In this document: in pieces, positions 36,888 to 46,775 of the stretch
Layout: each line of letters starts with the position of its first letter
How positions within the stretch are numbered: the first letter of the stretch is position 1
Assembly: GCA_016206785.1 (NCBI GenBank)
Contig: JACQQV010000012.1
Coordinates: forward strand, 9,176 to 73,175
DNA length: 64,000 nucleotides
Direction of reading: 5' to 3'
DNA from: Candidatus Omnitrophota bacterium
GTDB taxonomy: Bacteria > Omnitrophota > Gorgyraeia > JACQQV01
Notes under the pieces: model-generated
Told to the model about the DNA's origin: nothing
Database searches by the model: none
The model's input: the letters and a program-made list of their open reading frames with translations, nothing else
Position numbers and translations under genes: made by a program

Positions 36888-37914
36888 ATTCTTTTTCCCA
36901 TGCCTCGAATTCAGGAGAAAAATATTTAATCCGAACCTTTTTATATTCCTTGGTGCTGTATAGTACTTTGTAATCAGAGACACCGATTTTCTCGGAAATC
37001 GCCTGCACCACCCGGTCACATTCCTCGACGGTACGGGAGTGAACCATCGTAAAAAGAGAATAGGGCCAATCGGGATAGGTCGGCCGCTCATAACAGTGAC
37101 TGACCTGCGGAAAGGCGGACGCCTTCATCCCGACCTCCTTGATCCGCGACGGCTCCACCTTCCAAACCCCCATGCCATTCGCGATAAACCCGGCGTTTCG
37201 ATGATAAAGGACCGCGGCATACCGACGGAGAATTCCTTTTTCCTTAAAGCGCCCCGCTACTTGAATCAATCCCTCTTCGGAAAGTTTAAGTCGCTCGGCA
37301 CTCTCCATAAAAGGCCGTTCGGTAAGAGCAAGGTCGGTTTGGAGTTCGCAAATTGCCGCGACATCCAACTCGGTTAAGGAGATGGGCTGAGGTGCGCATC
37401 CATCTGGGAAAATCGTTTTCCCGTCTTCCCGCGTCTCTTCTTGCGGCGGCTTTTCCTCCTCCATCTCCAGTTTCACGCCGATTTTAAAAAGTTTAAGCGT
37501 TGGAAGAGGCCGCGCCGACTCTCCTTCTGAAAGTTCCCGAAGTCTTTCCACCGTCGCCTCCAGGGAACGTCCCGGCGGAAGCGCAATCGTATACCAAAGA
37601 TTGAATGCATGATTCCGTGCATAATTGTGGCTTATCCCGGGGTGCTTATTGACCATTTTTGCCGCCTGGTCCAGACGGGAAGGCTCAACTTTCATCGCCA
37701 CAAGACTCGTCTGATACCCGAGCCTCCGGGTGTCAAAGATCGCACTGATATTCCGGATGATGCTCGATTGTTTCAGTGCGCGAATACGCGTTAAAACCTC
37801 CTCGCCTGAAATCCCGAGCTTTTCTCCCAACGCATGGTAAGGCTGCGCCGTGAGAGGAAACTGGTTCTGAACGAGATTCAAAAGTTTTTTATCGACCCCG
37901 TCCAGCATTTGCAT
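36850..37914 (-). CDS. fused siroheme decarboxylase (AhbA/AhbB, NirDL-type; two Lrp/AsnC-like halves)
   Basis: Two halves each with an HTH_AsnC-like N-terminus. The first half carries ISHNYARNHAFNLWYTI (AhbA-like) and the second carries VSHCYERP...YSLFTMVH (AhbB-like). The 3' end overlaps the TrpD-like gene start by ~38 nt, so one of the two start positions may be wrong. Confidence 0.6.
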   Translation of the reverse strand: MQMLDGVDKKLLNLVQNQFPLTAQPYHALGEKLGISGEEVLTRIRALKQSSIIRNISAIFDTRRLGYQTSLVAMKVEPSRLDQAAKMVNKHPGISHNYARNHAFNLWYTIALPPGRSLEATVERLRELSEGESARPLPTLKLFKIGVKLEMEEEKPPQEETREDGKTIFPDGCAPQPISLTELDVAAICELQTDLALTERPFMESAERLKLSEEGLIQVAGRFKEKGILRRYAAVLYHRNAGFIANGMGVWKVEPSRIKEVGMKASAFPQVSHCYERPTYPDWPYSLFTMVHSRTVEECDRVVQAISEKIGVSDYKVLYSTKEYKKVRIKYFSPEFEAWEKEYGMAKGLSSVPD

Positions 37915-37921
37915 AGTCACT

Positions 37922-38227
37922 TTAGGAAGAGACCCTTCTTTTAAGAAGCGTTTCGATTTTTTGAATCCGTCGGCGCAGAATCCCCTTCCGTCCCTTTGGA
38001 TCATCGACCTTGATGGTCGTCACGACGCGGGCCGATGCTCTGAGGAGAAGACGATGGCAGCGCTCAATGAGCGCAAAAATTTCTTTCCATTCCCCTTCCA
38101 CGATCGTCCCCATCTCCGTCACTTTGTAAGGAAGGCCGCTTTGATCCACAAGGTCAATGGCCTTGGCCACCTGCTTGGAAATGCTTACTCCCTTCCCGAT
38201 AGGGAGAACGCTAAATTCGACAATCAC
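37922..38227 (-). CDS. MTH1187/YkoF family (thiamine-binding-like) protein
   Basis: IVEFSVLPIGKGVSISKQVAKAIDLVDQSGLPYKVTEMGTIVEGEW matches the UPF0045/YkoF pattern. Confidence 0.65.
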   Translation of the reverse strand: MIVEFSVLPIGKGVSISKQVAKAIDLVDQSGLPYKVTEMGTIVEGEWKEIFALIERCHRLLLRASARVVTTIKVDDPKGRKGILRRRIQKIETLLKRRVSS

Positions 38228-39414
38228 GAGAATTCTCCTTTTAAAAATTTACCCATTAAGGTGAACCCTTCAGAAACCCAAAGTTTGGAGTGGGATGCCT
38301 CTTCTTCGGTATATGTTTTAAAACCATTTCCCTTCACCCCAGTTCCAAAAAGGGTAAAGGGAACAGGATCGTGGGTGTGGGTCCGGATTACTGTTGAAGT
38401 CATATGATCTGGTAAAAGTAAAAGTCGAAACTCCTTCATTTTTAAAAGACCTTCAAGAAGCGTCCCAACCAGGAGGTTATCGAAATCTTCAATCGCTTCC
38501 ACTTTAAGTTTCACATCCCCCATATGCCCTGCTTCATCAGTGGACTCTACATGAATAAAAAGAAAATCTTTTTTCTTGAGTGCTTCCAGGCCATACTGGG
38601 CTTTTGCCTTATAGTCCGTATCAAAATAACCGGTCGCCCCGGGGACCTGAATCACTTCAAGCCCCACACTTCGTCCCACCCCACGGACGAGATCGACTGC
38701 GCTAATGACCGAACCATCCAATCCGTACTGAGAGTTAAAACTGGGAAGGACCGGCCGGGTTCCCTGCCCCCAAAGCCAGATACTCGTCGCTGGATCTTTT
38801 CCCTCTTTTTTCCTTTTTTGATTTACCGGATGGTCAGAAAGAATTTTCTGAGATTCCTCCATGAGCTCTCGGAGTTCTTTTTCCCCTTCTCCCTTCGGGA
38901 AATAGGGCTCCACCTCTTTGCCAGCGATGTCATGAGGGGGAGTACATTTCACCTTTCCATAACGGCGCGACACAAGGAGGTGACGGTATTGGACTCCGGC
39001 ATAAAACTGAAACCCGTCTCCGCCCAACTTTTCCTGAAGCGTTGCGATAATTGCCTTCGCTTCTTCACTTGAGATATGCCCGGCGCTATAATCCTTCATT
39101 TTCCCTTTTTCAAGGGTGATGAGATTACAGCGGAAGACGACTTCCTCTTTTGAAAGGGAAATGCCGAGACTTGCCGCTTCAAGAGGGGCGCGACCGGTGT
39201 AATAGCGACGGGGATCATACCCCAAAAGGCTCATGCAGGCCACATCACTCCCCGACGGAAGTTCCTTTGGAACCGTCTGAACTTGTCCCAAGAGTCCCTT
39301 TTGGACGATCGTATCAAGGTTCTGCCTCTTGGCCGCCTCGAGGGGCGTTTTGTTTCCTAATTCGGGGATTGGTTTATCGGCGACACCGTCCGGAACGACA
39401 AGAATATATTTCAC
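38224..39414 (-). CDS. apgM: cofactor-independent phosphoglycerate mutase, archaeal type
   Basis: MKYILVVPDGVADKPIPELGNKTPLEAAKRQNLD...GSDVACMSLLGYDP is the ApgM-type N-terminus. Length 396 aa. Confidence 0.8.
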   Translation of the reverse strand: MKYILVVPDGVADKPIPELGNKTPLEAAKRQNLDTIVQKGLLGQVQTVPKELPSGSDVACMSLLGYDPRRYYTGRAPLEAASLGISLSKEEVVFRCNLITLEKGKMKDYSAGHISSEEAKAIIATLQEKLGGDGFQFYAGVQYRHLLVSRRYGKVKCTPPHDIAGKEVEPYFPKGEGEKELRELMEESQKILSDHPVNQKRKKEGKDPATSIWLWGQGTRPVLPSFNSQYGLDGSVISAVDLVRGVGRSVGLEVIQVPGATGYFDTDYKAKAQYGLEALKKKDFLFIHVESTDEAGHMGDVKLKVEAIEDFDNLLVGTLLEGLLKMKEFRLLLLPDHMTSTVIRTHTHDPVPFTLFGTGVKGNGFKTYTEEEASHSKLWVSEGFTLMGKFLKGEFS

Positions 39415-39650
39415 ACCGTGACCAGTTCCTTGACTTCTGGAATCTCTTCTTTCAAGGCCTGTTCAATCCCCATCCGAAGTGTCATGGTGGAACTGGGGCA
39501 GCCGCTGCAGGAACCGACAAGGTGAAGAGTCACGACCCCCTCCGGACTCACATCCACGAGTTCGCAATCCCCACCGTCTCCTTGAAGCGCAGGTCGAATC
39601 TTATCGAGGCATGCCTGAACTTTGTTTCGAAGATCGCTGTTTTCTGTCAT
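39411..39650 (-). CDS. NifU-like (Nfu) Fe-S cluster scaffold domain protein
   Basis: CxxC motif (LVGSCSGCPSSTMTL) in a 79-aa Nfu/NifU C-terminal fold. It is translationally coupled to apbC. Confidence 0.75.
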   Translation of the reverse strand: MTENSDLRNKVQACLDKIRPALQGDGGDCELVDVSPEGVVTLHLVGSCSGCPSSTMTLRMGIEQALKEEIPEVKELVTV

Positions 39651-39651
39651 C

Positions 39652-40722
39652 TTATTCTCCTTTTCTCTGCATACTATACACGCTTAATTTCGCGGCGACC
39701 TCTCCCGCAATCTCTTGAAATGCAAGAGCCACCTCGGATTTTGGCGCGCGGATTACAATCGGTCTCCCGGAATCTCCCCCTTCCCGGATTTCCGGCACAA
39801 GAGGGATCTGTCCCAATAATGGAATATTAAACTCCTTCGCCAATTTCTCCCCGCCCCCTTCTCCAAAAATCGGGGTGCCCTTTTCGCAATGGGGGCAGAT
39901 GAAGTTGGACATATTTTCGACAACACCGAGGATGTAGCAATTCACTTTCTGAAACATAAAGATCGCCTTTTCGACATCCAAGAGCGCCACATCTTGGGGA
40001 GTCGTGACCAAAACCACGCAGGTGAGCGGCAAACTCTGCGACAAAGAAAGCTGCACATCTCCTGTCCCCGGCGGAAGATCGACGACGAGGTAATCGAGCT
40101 CCCCCCATGCCACATCCCCCAAAAACTGCTGAAGCGCTTTGTGAAGCATGGGGCCCCGCCAGATGACCGCCTGACCCGGCTCCATGAAAAAAGCGATGGA
40201 CATGAGTTTCAATCCATACTTCTCCGGCGGAACAATCTTTTCGTTCTGAAGTGTCTTTGGAAAATCAGAAATCCCCATCATGAGGGGAACGTTTGGCCCG
40301 TAAAGATCGGCATCCAGAAGCCCCACCTTTGCCCCGCTTTGGGCGAGCGCAATCGCCAAGTTCACACTCACCGTCGATTTTCCGACACCCCCTTTGCCAC
40401 TCGCGACCGCGATCACATTTTTAACTCCCGGGACAAAGCTTTTTTCAAGTTCCGGACTCCCCCGCCGGACATTCGCTCCGAAGGTGAGGGTCACCGCTTC
40501 GAAACCAGGAAGAGTGGAAAGTTCCTTTTTGATCTCGGACTCAATGGCGCTTTTCAAAGGGCAAGCGGGGGTTGTGAGTTCCACCAGAAAGGAAATTTTC
40601 CCTCCATCGATGGCAAGATTTTTGATCATCCCCAAAGAGACAAGGTCCCGATTGAGCTCCGGGTCATTCACGCGCCGGAGCCTTTCCAAAACCTCCTCTT
40701 CTCGAATGGCTACTTTGGTCAT
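39652..40722 (-). CDS. apbC: Mrp/NBP35 family Fe-S cluster carrier ATPase (ApbC) with N-terminal MIP18/DUF59 domain
   Basis: A DUF59 segment (VNDPELNRDLVSLGMI), a deviant Walker A (VASGKGGVGKSTVSVNLAIAL), and a CxxC cluster-binding site (CPHCEKG). Confidence 0.9.
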   Translation of the reverse strand: MTKVAIREEEVLERLRRVNDPELNRDLVSLGMIKNLAIDGGKISFLVELTTPACPLKSAIESEIKKELSTLPGFEAVTLTFGANVRRGSPELEKSFVPGVKNVIAVASGKGGVGKSTVSVNLAIALAQSGAKVGLLDADLYGPNVPLMMGISDFPKTLQNEKIVPPEKYGLKLMSIAFFMEPGQAVIWRGPMLHKALQQFLGDVAWGELDYLVVDLPPGTGDVQLSLSQSLPLTCVVLVTTPQDVALLDVEKAIFMFQKVNCYILGVVENMSNFICPHCEKGTPIFGEGGGEKLAKEFNIPLLGQIPLVPEIREGGDSGRPIVIRAPKSEVALAFQEIAGEVAAKLSVYSMQRKGE

Positions 40723-40795
40723 ACTTAGAGATTACCATACCAGACCATTTCTGTCAACCTATATACATAACTCATTATAGAAAAAAGTGTTACGG

Positions 40796-42145
40796 TTAAT
40801 AGGAAGGGGCGAAGGGGAGGTTGACGGAGACCAGCCGGTCGAAGAGAGAGCCCCGCTTGCTTCCGCGGCCCAGTTCCATGTCAGAGACAAGGACCCGGAA
40901 CGTCTTCACCCCTTTTTCCCTGAGGAGGGTCTTGCGGCGGTAGCCGGCGGTTGAATGAAGGACATACTGGCGGTTATCCCGTTTTCCGAGATAGAGCATG
41001 AGGTGGTTATCGAGTTTCACAAAAGTCGTTGCCGGAATCGCTTGATTAAGCGCTTGTTGTTTCCCCTCTTTTTTTGCATCTTTTGAAAAGGTGGCAAGGA
41101 TTTTCCCGATCCTGGACTGGGGCCCTGAATTCCTGGGAAGTTCCACGCCCATCGTGGCAAAGACGTCTCGTAAAAAACTAGAACAGTCCCACCCCCCTTG
41201 GAGTCCTCCCCATCCGTAAGGGGCGCCGTGAAGTTTGAAGGCCTGCGTCAAAATCTGGCGCGACGTTAAGGGAAGAAAATCGGTCTGGACAGTCTTCTTC
41301 CGGAGAAAGGCGTGGGTCAAAAGAACTCTGCCGTCCGGTCTTCGCTCGGGGCGGTGAATCAGAAAGAAATCCCCGTCCTCCAGAAGGAGATCGGTATGCA
41401 ACACCGTTCCCATTTTCCAAGAGGTCACCGGCTCTCCGTCGCGGTTTTCAAATACCGGGACCTCCCGCTCGGTCACGACAATTTTTGGAAAGGAAAGATG
41501 CTTGAAAAGGGCCTCTTTGTTTTCGAAAAAGGCGACCGATTCCTTCTTCGCCCACCCTCGAAGAAGTTTTGAGGCGAGATAAAGCCATTTTCCATCCTGG
41601 CTCTCCCACAAAAGTGCAACCGGCGTCCCTGGAGAGAGAGTGGTCTGCTGAAGAAGATCGAAGGCAACGTCTCCCCGCTTTTCCACAACCGGTTCTGTTG
41701 TCGGAAACGTGCGTACAGAACATTCCTCAATGATGAGACCAAACCGAACCGGGAGAAGATCGGGGAGATTTCGAAGCGCGCACAAGGACTTTAGATTATT
41801 CAAAAAAGGTTTCCGTACAAGATGCCCACGATGGTCATATAATTTCTTTTGTAATAAAGCGGCCTCTTCCTTCTCAAGGGCTGCGAGGAGAAAAGAGGTG
41901 CCTACCCTTTCTTCAAGAGCCAGGGGATCCACCGCTGTTGGCTCTGCGCGAAGAAATTTTTGATTAAGGGTTTCGATCTGGCGGAGACTTAAAATGACCC
42001 TATCGGCCTCAGAAAGTTGTGTGACCCAATAGTCTGCATGTTCCATCTCCGGCAGAACGTGTGGAATTTTCTGAGCGGCATGGACACACGTCGGAAGAGC
42101 GCAAAAAAAGCAAAGACTCAAGAGGAGAGTGATTTTCTTTCTCAT
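40796..42145 (-). CDS. NlpC/P60 (C40) family secreted peptidase with N-terminal SH3-like region
   Basis: Signal peptide (LLLSLCFFCALPTCVHA). The C-terminus has the catalytic Cys context GAPYGWGGLQGGWDCSSFLRDVF. Confidence 0.7.
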   Translation of the reverse strand: MRKKITLLLSLCFFCALPTCVHAAQKIPHVLPEMEHADYWVTQLSEADRVILSLRQIETLNQKFLRAEPTAVDPLALEERVGTSFLLAALEKEEAALLQKKLYDHRGHLVRKPFLNNLKSLCALRNLPDLLPVRFGLIIEECSVRTFPTTEPVVEKRGDVAFDLLQQTTLSPGTPVALLWESQDGKWLYLASKLLRGWAKKESVAFFENKEALFKHLSFPKIVVTEREVPVFENRDGEPVTSWKMGTVLHTDLLLEDGDFFLIHRPERRPDGRVLLTHAFLRKKTVQTDFLPLTSRQILTQAFKLHGAPYGWGGLQGGWDCSSFLRDVFATMGVELPRNSGPQSRIGKILATFSKDAKKEGKQQALNQAIPATTFVKLDNHLMLYLGKRDNRQYVLHSTAGYRRKTLLREKGVKTFRVLVSDMELGRGSKRGSLFDRLVSVNLPFAPSY

Positions 42146-42176
42146 GAGGATCGTTTTATTATATCATGGGAATAAG

Positions 42177-43271
42177 ATGCGAGAGATTTTTAAGTATATT
42201 CCGATCCCCTTTTGGTGTTACGTCCTTCCGATGATAGGGCGCACCTTTGGCCTCCTCCCCGACGAGACCGTCTTCTATGAAAAAGGGGTTGCGCTTCTTC
42301 TCCCCGGCGCCCTGATCCTTCTTCTCCTCTCCACACAACTCACCTCCCTATTCAAGATAGGGAACTTGTCTCTTTTGACGATGATCGTCGGTTCCTTAGG
42401 GATTGTCGTCGGTGGTCCACTCAGTCTCCGCTGCTTTCGTTTCCTCTTACCAGAAGATGCCTGGATGGGGTTTGGCACATTGGCAGGAAGTTGGATCGGG
42501 GGAAGTATCAATATGGCGGCTTTGAAGGAAGCGATCGGAACGCCGAGTCATCTCTTTTCTCCGATGGTCTTTGTCGATTCCATGATCGCCTACGGCTGGA
42601 TGGCGTTCCTTCTTTCACTGGCACCCTATCAAACGGCCTTTGACCGCTGGAATCGCTCGAAACGCAGTTTCCTGGATGAAACGGATGAAAAACTTAAAAT
42701 GCTTTCTCCAAAAAAAGAGGGTGTTTCCCTTAAAACGCCGGGGCATCTCCTCGTTCTTTTCGGAGTGGCTGCGGCGGGAACGCTCCTTACTTTTTCTCTT
42801 TCAAAACTCATCCCACCGATGGGAACATTTTTAACCCAAAAGACGATTTTTGTCCTTCTGGCAACGGCTCTTGCGATGGGTCTTTCCTTCACTCCGCTTT
42901 CCCGTCTGGAAGAATGGGGAGCGAGTCGACTCGGGACTCTTTTTCTTTACCTCATGCTCATCGCGATGGGCTCGCAGGCCGATTTAAAAGGGCTTGCCCA
43001 CTTTCCGATCTTTGTCCTCGTCGGTTTAGTGTGGGTCATGATTCACGGCGTGATTCTTTTTGCTTTTGGGAAGGTGTTTAGGATTCCTCTTTTTTTCCTG
43101 GCGACGGCGAGTCAGGCGAATATCGGCGGGGTTGTCTCAGCGCCGATCGTCGCCGCCTGTTATGAGAAACGCCTTGCGCCCCTCGGCCTTCTCCTTGCCA
43201 TCTTCGGAAACCTCACCGGGACCTTCCTCGGCCTCCTTTCGGCCCACCTCATGCGGCTTGTAACAAGCTAA
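42177..43271 (+). CDS. DUF819-like polytopic membrane protein
   Basis: ~10 predicted TM helices. Start set at MREIFKYIP, which avoids overlap with the divergent NlpC/P60 start. The family call is tentative. Confidence 0.5.
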   Translation: MREIFKYIPIPFWCYVLPMIGRTFGLLPDETVFYEKGVALLLPGALILLLLSTQLTSLFKIGNLSLLTMIVGSLGIVVGGPLSLRCFRFLLPEDAWMGFGTLAGSWIGGSINMAALKEAIGTPSHLFSPMVFVDSMIAYGWMAFLLSLAPYQTAFDRWNRSKRSFLDETDEKLKMLSPKKEGVSLKTPGHLLVLFGVAAAGTLLTFSLSKLIPPMGTFLTQKTIFVLLATALAMGLSFTPLSRLEEWGASRLGTLFLYLMLIAMGSQADLKGLAHFPIFVLVGLVWVMIHGVILFAFGKVFRIPLFFLATASQANIGGVVSAPIVAACYEKRLAPLGLLLAIFGNLTGTFLGLLSAHLMRLVTS

Positions 43272-43338
43272 CACGAGTAAGCGGGTGGCGACTGGTTGTG
43301 GTGAGACGCATGTCGTGAGTAGCACAAGCGGCACAAGC

Positions 43339-43414
43339 GGGACTAAGTCCCTTTTCGCCTTAGAAGGTGTACCGAAGGAACAGGTCTAACCGTCTTTGGG
43401 ACTTAGTCCCTTTT
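43339..43414 (+). repeat. two copies of a 20-nt palindromic hairpin + T-tract unit (tandem terminator-like elements)
   Basis: gggactaagtcccttttcgc (43339-43358) and gggacttagtcccttttggg (43398-43417), located downstream of the plus-strand gene and bracketed by gcgggtg/cacccgc. Confidence 0.4.
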
Positions 43415-43430
43415 GGGCACCCGCCTGCCG

Positions 43431-44744
43431 TTACTTTGCCATCCGTGAGGAGATCGCGTAGAGAGGAAAACCGAGGGCGACGATGGCGAGGCCGAAAAGG
43501 GATTGTTTCGGCTCTGTGAGGCAGGCGTTCAGAATAAACAATAAAGTTGTCAAGATAAAAAGGAGGGGAATGACCGGATACCCCCACACCTTGTAACGCC
43601 TCTTCCGATCCGGATACTTTTTTCTTAAAAGAATGACGGAATACCCCGCCATGCCGAAGAAAACCGAGATCGCCACCGTCGTGTAGGTGAGAATCTCTTC
43701 AAAACTTTTCGTCAGGATGAGTAAGATCGCGATGGCGGCATTAAACCAAAGAGCGATATTCGGCGTATGAAAATCGGGGTGAAGTTTTGCCAACCTTCCA
43801 AAGAGCGGATGATCTTCACCCAATGCATAAAGGATCCTTGCCCCGGTTAAAATATACCCATTGAGTGCCCCAAAAGCGGAAAAGGCGACCATCAGAGAAA
43901 CCAAATTCCCCCCGAATCCTCCCACCATTTTTTGAACGGCCGTGGCCGCTACGAGTTTATCAGAGGCCATTTCCCCGATAGGAATGTAGTACAAATAAAC
44001 GCCATTCACGAGAAGATAAAGACCCATCGTCAGGAGAACTCCAAAGACGATCGCGCGGGGAAGATTTCTCTCGGGGTCCTTCACCTCTTCTGCCACATAG
44101 GAGGCCTCGGTCCACCCCCCATACGTCCATAACACAAAGATGAGTGCTACCCCCAAAGATTGAATCGTCTCTAAAGAGAAAGTCTCCGGGAAAAAGGGGT
44201 GCCAAGAGGAAGGGACGACGGGAGCGCGAAGGATTCCAAAAAGGATGATCCCGAGAATCGCCCCCACCTTTAAAAGCGTAAAGCAGTTCTGCACATACTT
44301 CCCGAAACGGACCCCGATGATATTGGCGACCGTTAAAAGGAGAATGGCAAGGGAGGCGATTCCTTTTAAGGTCTCTTCTCCATAATGAAAAATGAACCGG
44401 AGATATTCCGCAAAGACAAAGGCAAGGATGGCAATCGTCCCGGTCCGTTCGATAAAAAGTTTTGTCCACCCAAAAAGAAAACCAGTAAGACGACCGTACG
44501 CCTCTCCCAGATAGATGTAATCACCCCCTGTTTTGGGAAAGGAGGAGGCGAGTTCTGCATAGCAAAGAGCGCCGCAGAGGGAGAAAAGTCCCCCAAAGAG
44601 CCAGATGAGAAGGATGAGAAAAGGTTCATGAACAGAGGTGGAGATCGTGGCGGGGGTACGGAAAATGCCGGCTCCGATAATGCACCCGACGACGAGGAGA
44701 GAGGCATCGAGTAGATTCAGTTCTTGGAGAAATCCCTTTTTCAA
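43431..44744 (-). CDS. APC-family amino acid permease
   Basis: 12-TM APC pattern (LLVVGCIIGAGIFRTPA ... CYAELASSFPKTGGDYIYL). Confidence 0.85.
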   Translation of the reverse strand: MKKGFLQELNLLDASLLVVGCIIGAGIFRTPATISTSVHEPFLILLIWLFGGLFSLCGALCYAELASSFPKTGGDYIYLGEAYGRLTGFLFGWTKLFIERTGTIAILAFVFAEYLRFIFHYGEETLKGIASLAILLLTVANIIGVRFGKYVQNCFTLLKVGAILGIILFGILRAPVVPSSWHPFFPETFSLETIQSLGVALIFVLWTYGGWTEASYVAEEVKDPERNLPRAIVFGVLLTMGLYLLVNGVYLYYIPIGEMASDKLVAATAVQKMVGGFGGNLVSLMVAFSAFGALNGYILTGARILYALGEDHPLFGRLAKLHPDFHTPNIALWFNAAIAILLILTKSFEEILTYTTVAISVFFGMAGYSVILLRKKYPDRKRRYKVWGYPVIPLLFILTTLLFILNACLTEPKQSLFGLAIVALGFPLYAISSRMAK

Positions 44745-45565
44745 TTTTGCCTTTTGCGTTTTATATTTTGATTTTGCTTTTCAAAGTGCCAATGCCACGG
44801 TTCAAAACTGGTCCCCCAGGGATTGTCCCGCGGATAAGAGAGGAAAAAACCGTAGCGCTTGGCGTGACGGGTAAGCCACTCGTACTCAGGAAGTGTTTCA
44901 AATTCTTCAGGATGCTCCTCTCCATTTATCCCTTCTTCGTTGATGAAATCGATCGCCTGACGATGAGGCGCCCCATGCTCACTATGGCCGGGCAGCGCAA
45001 CAAAACGGTTCGTTTCTCTCAGGGAGTAGTCATGTTTTCGGAGGTAATAGAGGAAGAGATAAAGCTGGTAGGCGTGCGATCGATAGCCGGATTCCACATA
45101 AAGCCTCTTACCGATGTCTGCGTGCATCGCCGTCATCATCTCTTCATACGCCTCGTATACCTCTTTGGGAAGATATTGTTTAGGAAGTGTGGCGAGAGAG
45201 CCGCTGCGATGGATGCCCTGATCCGGAAGCTGCACGAAAAGAACATCCGGAGACGCGTTATCGAAGGTGTGGGCTGTCGCACCCAGAATTTTTGGATCGG
45301 CGCTTCGGATCCCCTCCAAAAAATTCTTTTGTTCAGGAGCCAAGGGCGTATAAAGTTCGTCAAAGGTTAAAAGATTCATCGAGCCGTTTGACTTGCGTGG
45401 ATCGATGGAGAGTTTTAAAGCCTTAAGGGTTGTCTTAGCCAGATGTCGTTCGGTAGGGGTCAGACGTTCAAGATCGAGGGAAAAGGCGGTTCCGGCGAAT
45501 GAAGTCAGAACAAACACGATTGAGACAAAAAAATTACTTTCTTTGATCAATTGGAATATACGCAA
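44741..45565 (-). CDS. peptidase M15 (VanY-like D-Ala-D-Ala carboxypeptidase) family protein
   Basis: SGYRSHAYQ and PGHSEHGAPHRQAIDF Zn-ligand motifs, with an N-terminal signal-like segment. The start is uncertain because the ORF overlaps the citrate synthase 3' end. Confidence 0.7.
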   Translation of the reverse strand: MRIFQLIKESNFFVSIVFVLTSFAGTAFSLDLERLTPTERHLAKTTLKALKLSIDPRKSNGSMNLLTFDELYTPLAPEQKNFLEGIRSADPKILGATAHTFDNASPDVLFVQLPDQGIHRSGSLATLPKQYLPKEVYEAYEEMMTAMHADIGKRLYVESGYRSHAYQLYLFLYYLRKHDYSLRETNRFVALPGHSEHGAPHRQAIDFINEEGINGEEHPEEFETLPEYEWLTRHAKRYGFFLSYPRDNPWGTSFEPWHWHFEKQNQNIKRKRQN

Positions 45566-46667
45566 GATCCATCGGCCCCGTGTAGTTGGACAGGGGTCGG
45601 ATGAGCCGATTGTTGGCGTATTGCTCTAAGACATGGGCGATCCATCCGGAGATCCGCGACATCGCAAACAGGGGGGTAAAGAAAGCAACAGGGAGGCCGA
45701 GATAATAAAGAAGTGGAGCCGAATAAAAATCGACGTTCACATAGAGCCCCTTCTCCCGATGAGCGACCTCTTTCACCTTTTCGGCAATCGTCACCCACTT
45801 GTCTTCCCTCTTCATCTCGCTCATCTTAATCGCCATCTGTCTTAAGTAGGGTGCCCGGGCATCTTCGGTTTTGTAGACCCGATGGCCAAAGCCCATGATC
45901 TTCTTCTTCTGAGCCAGTTTTTCCTTGATATAGCCTTCGGCTTTCTCCACCGATCCGATTTCAAGGAATGTCTCCATCGCCCGTTGGTTCGCGGAACCGT
46001 GGAGATCCCCTTTGAGGGCCCCAATGGCGGCGACGATGGCCGAATGAAGATCGGAGAGGGTGGCGGCCGTGGTCCGGGCGGTAAAGGTGGAGGCATTAAA
46101 CTCGTGGTCAGCCAGAAGAATGAGATACGATTCAAGGGCCTTGATGGAAGTCTCGTCGGGCAACTGGCCAGAAAGCATATAAAGGAAATTGGCGGAATGC
46201 GAGAGGTCTTTCCGCGGGGTGAGGAATGGTTTTCCTTCTCTTGCGCGGATTAAACAGGCGATAATTGCCGGAAATTGAGAAACAAGGCGGATCCCTTTCC
46301 GAAGATTTGCTTCCAGAGAATTATTTTCCGCATCGGGATCGTAGAGGCCGAGGAGGGATACGGCACTCCGAAGGGCCGCCATCGGTGGACCTTCTTTCGG
46401 AAAACGGAGGATCGCATCTAAAACAGGGGCGGGAAGGTCGCGGGCGGTGGAAAGTTTCTTCTCCCATTCCGAAAGTTGCACACGGTTCGGGAGACTTCCA
46501 AACCAAAGGAGATAAACAATTTCTTCGTAGTGCGTCTTAAAAACAAGTTCCCCGATGTCGTAGCCGCGATAGACGAGTCGACCCCTTTTGCCGTCGATAT
46601 AACAGATCTGGCTGTCGCCGGCAATGACGTCTTCCAACCCTCGCAGCATGACTTTTTCTTCCGCCAT
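45534..46667 (-). CDS. citrate synthase (short ~375-aa form; citrate/2-methylcitrate synthase family)
   Basis: GFGHRVYKTEDARAPYL, with catalytic His/Asp contexts and overall collinearity with the family. Confidence 0.85.
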   Translation of the reverse strand: MAEEKVMLRGLEDVIAGDSQICYIDGKRGRLVYRGYDIGELVFKTHYEEIVYLLWFGSLPNRVQLSEWEKKLSTARDLPAPVLDAILRFPKEGPPMAALRSAVSLLGLYDPDAENNSLEANLRKGIRLVSQFPAIIACLIRAREGKPFLTPRKDLSHSANFLYMLSGQLPDETSIKALESYLILLADHEFNASTFTARTTAATLSDLHSAIVAAIGALKGDLHGSANQRAMETFLEIGSVEKAEGYIKEKLAQKKKIMGFGHRVYKTEDARAPYLRQMAIKMSEMKREDKWVTIAEKVKEVAHREKGLYVNVDFYSAPLLYYLGLPVAFFTPLFAMSRISGWIAHVLEQYANNRLIRPLSNYTGPMDLAYIPIDQRK

Positions 46668-46775
46668 TCTTGCTCTCCTAACAAGGAAGTCCGCTTTATA
46701 TTATCGGAATTAAAATTCAAACGCAAGAATTTTTTTATAATTTCCATAATCTATTAAAAATAAATGAGTTATGAT

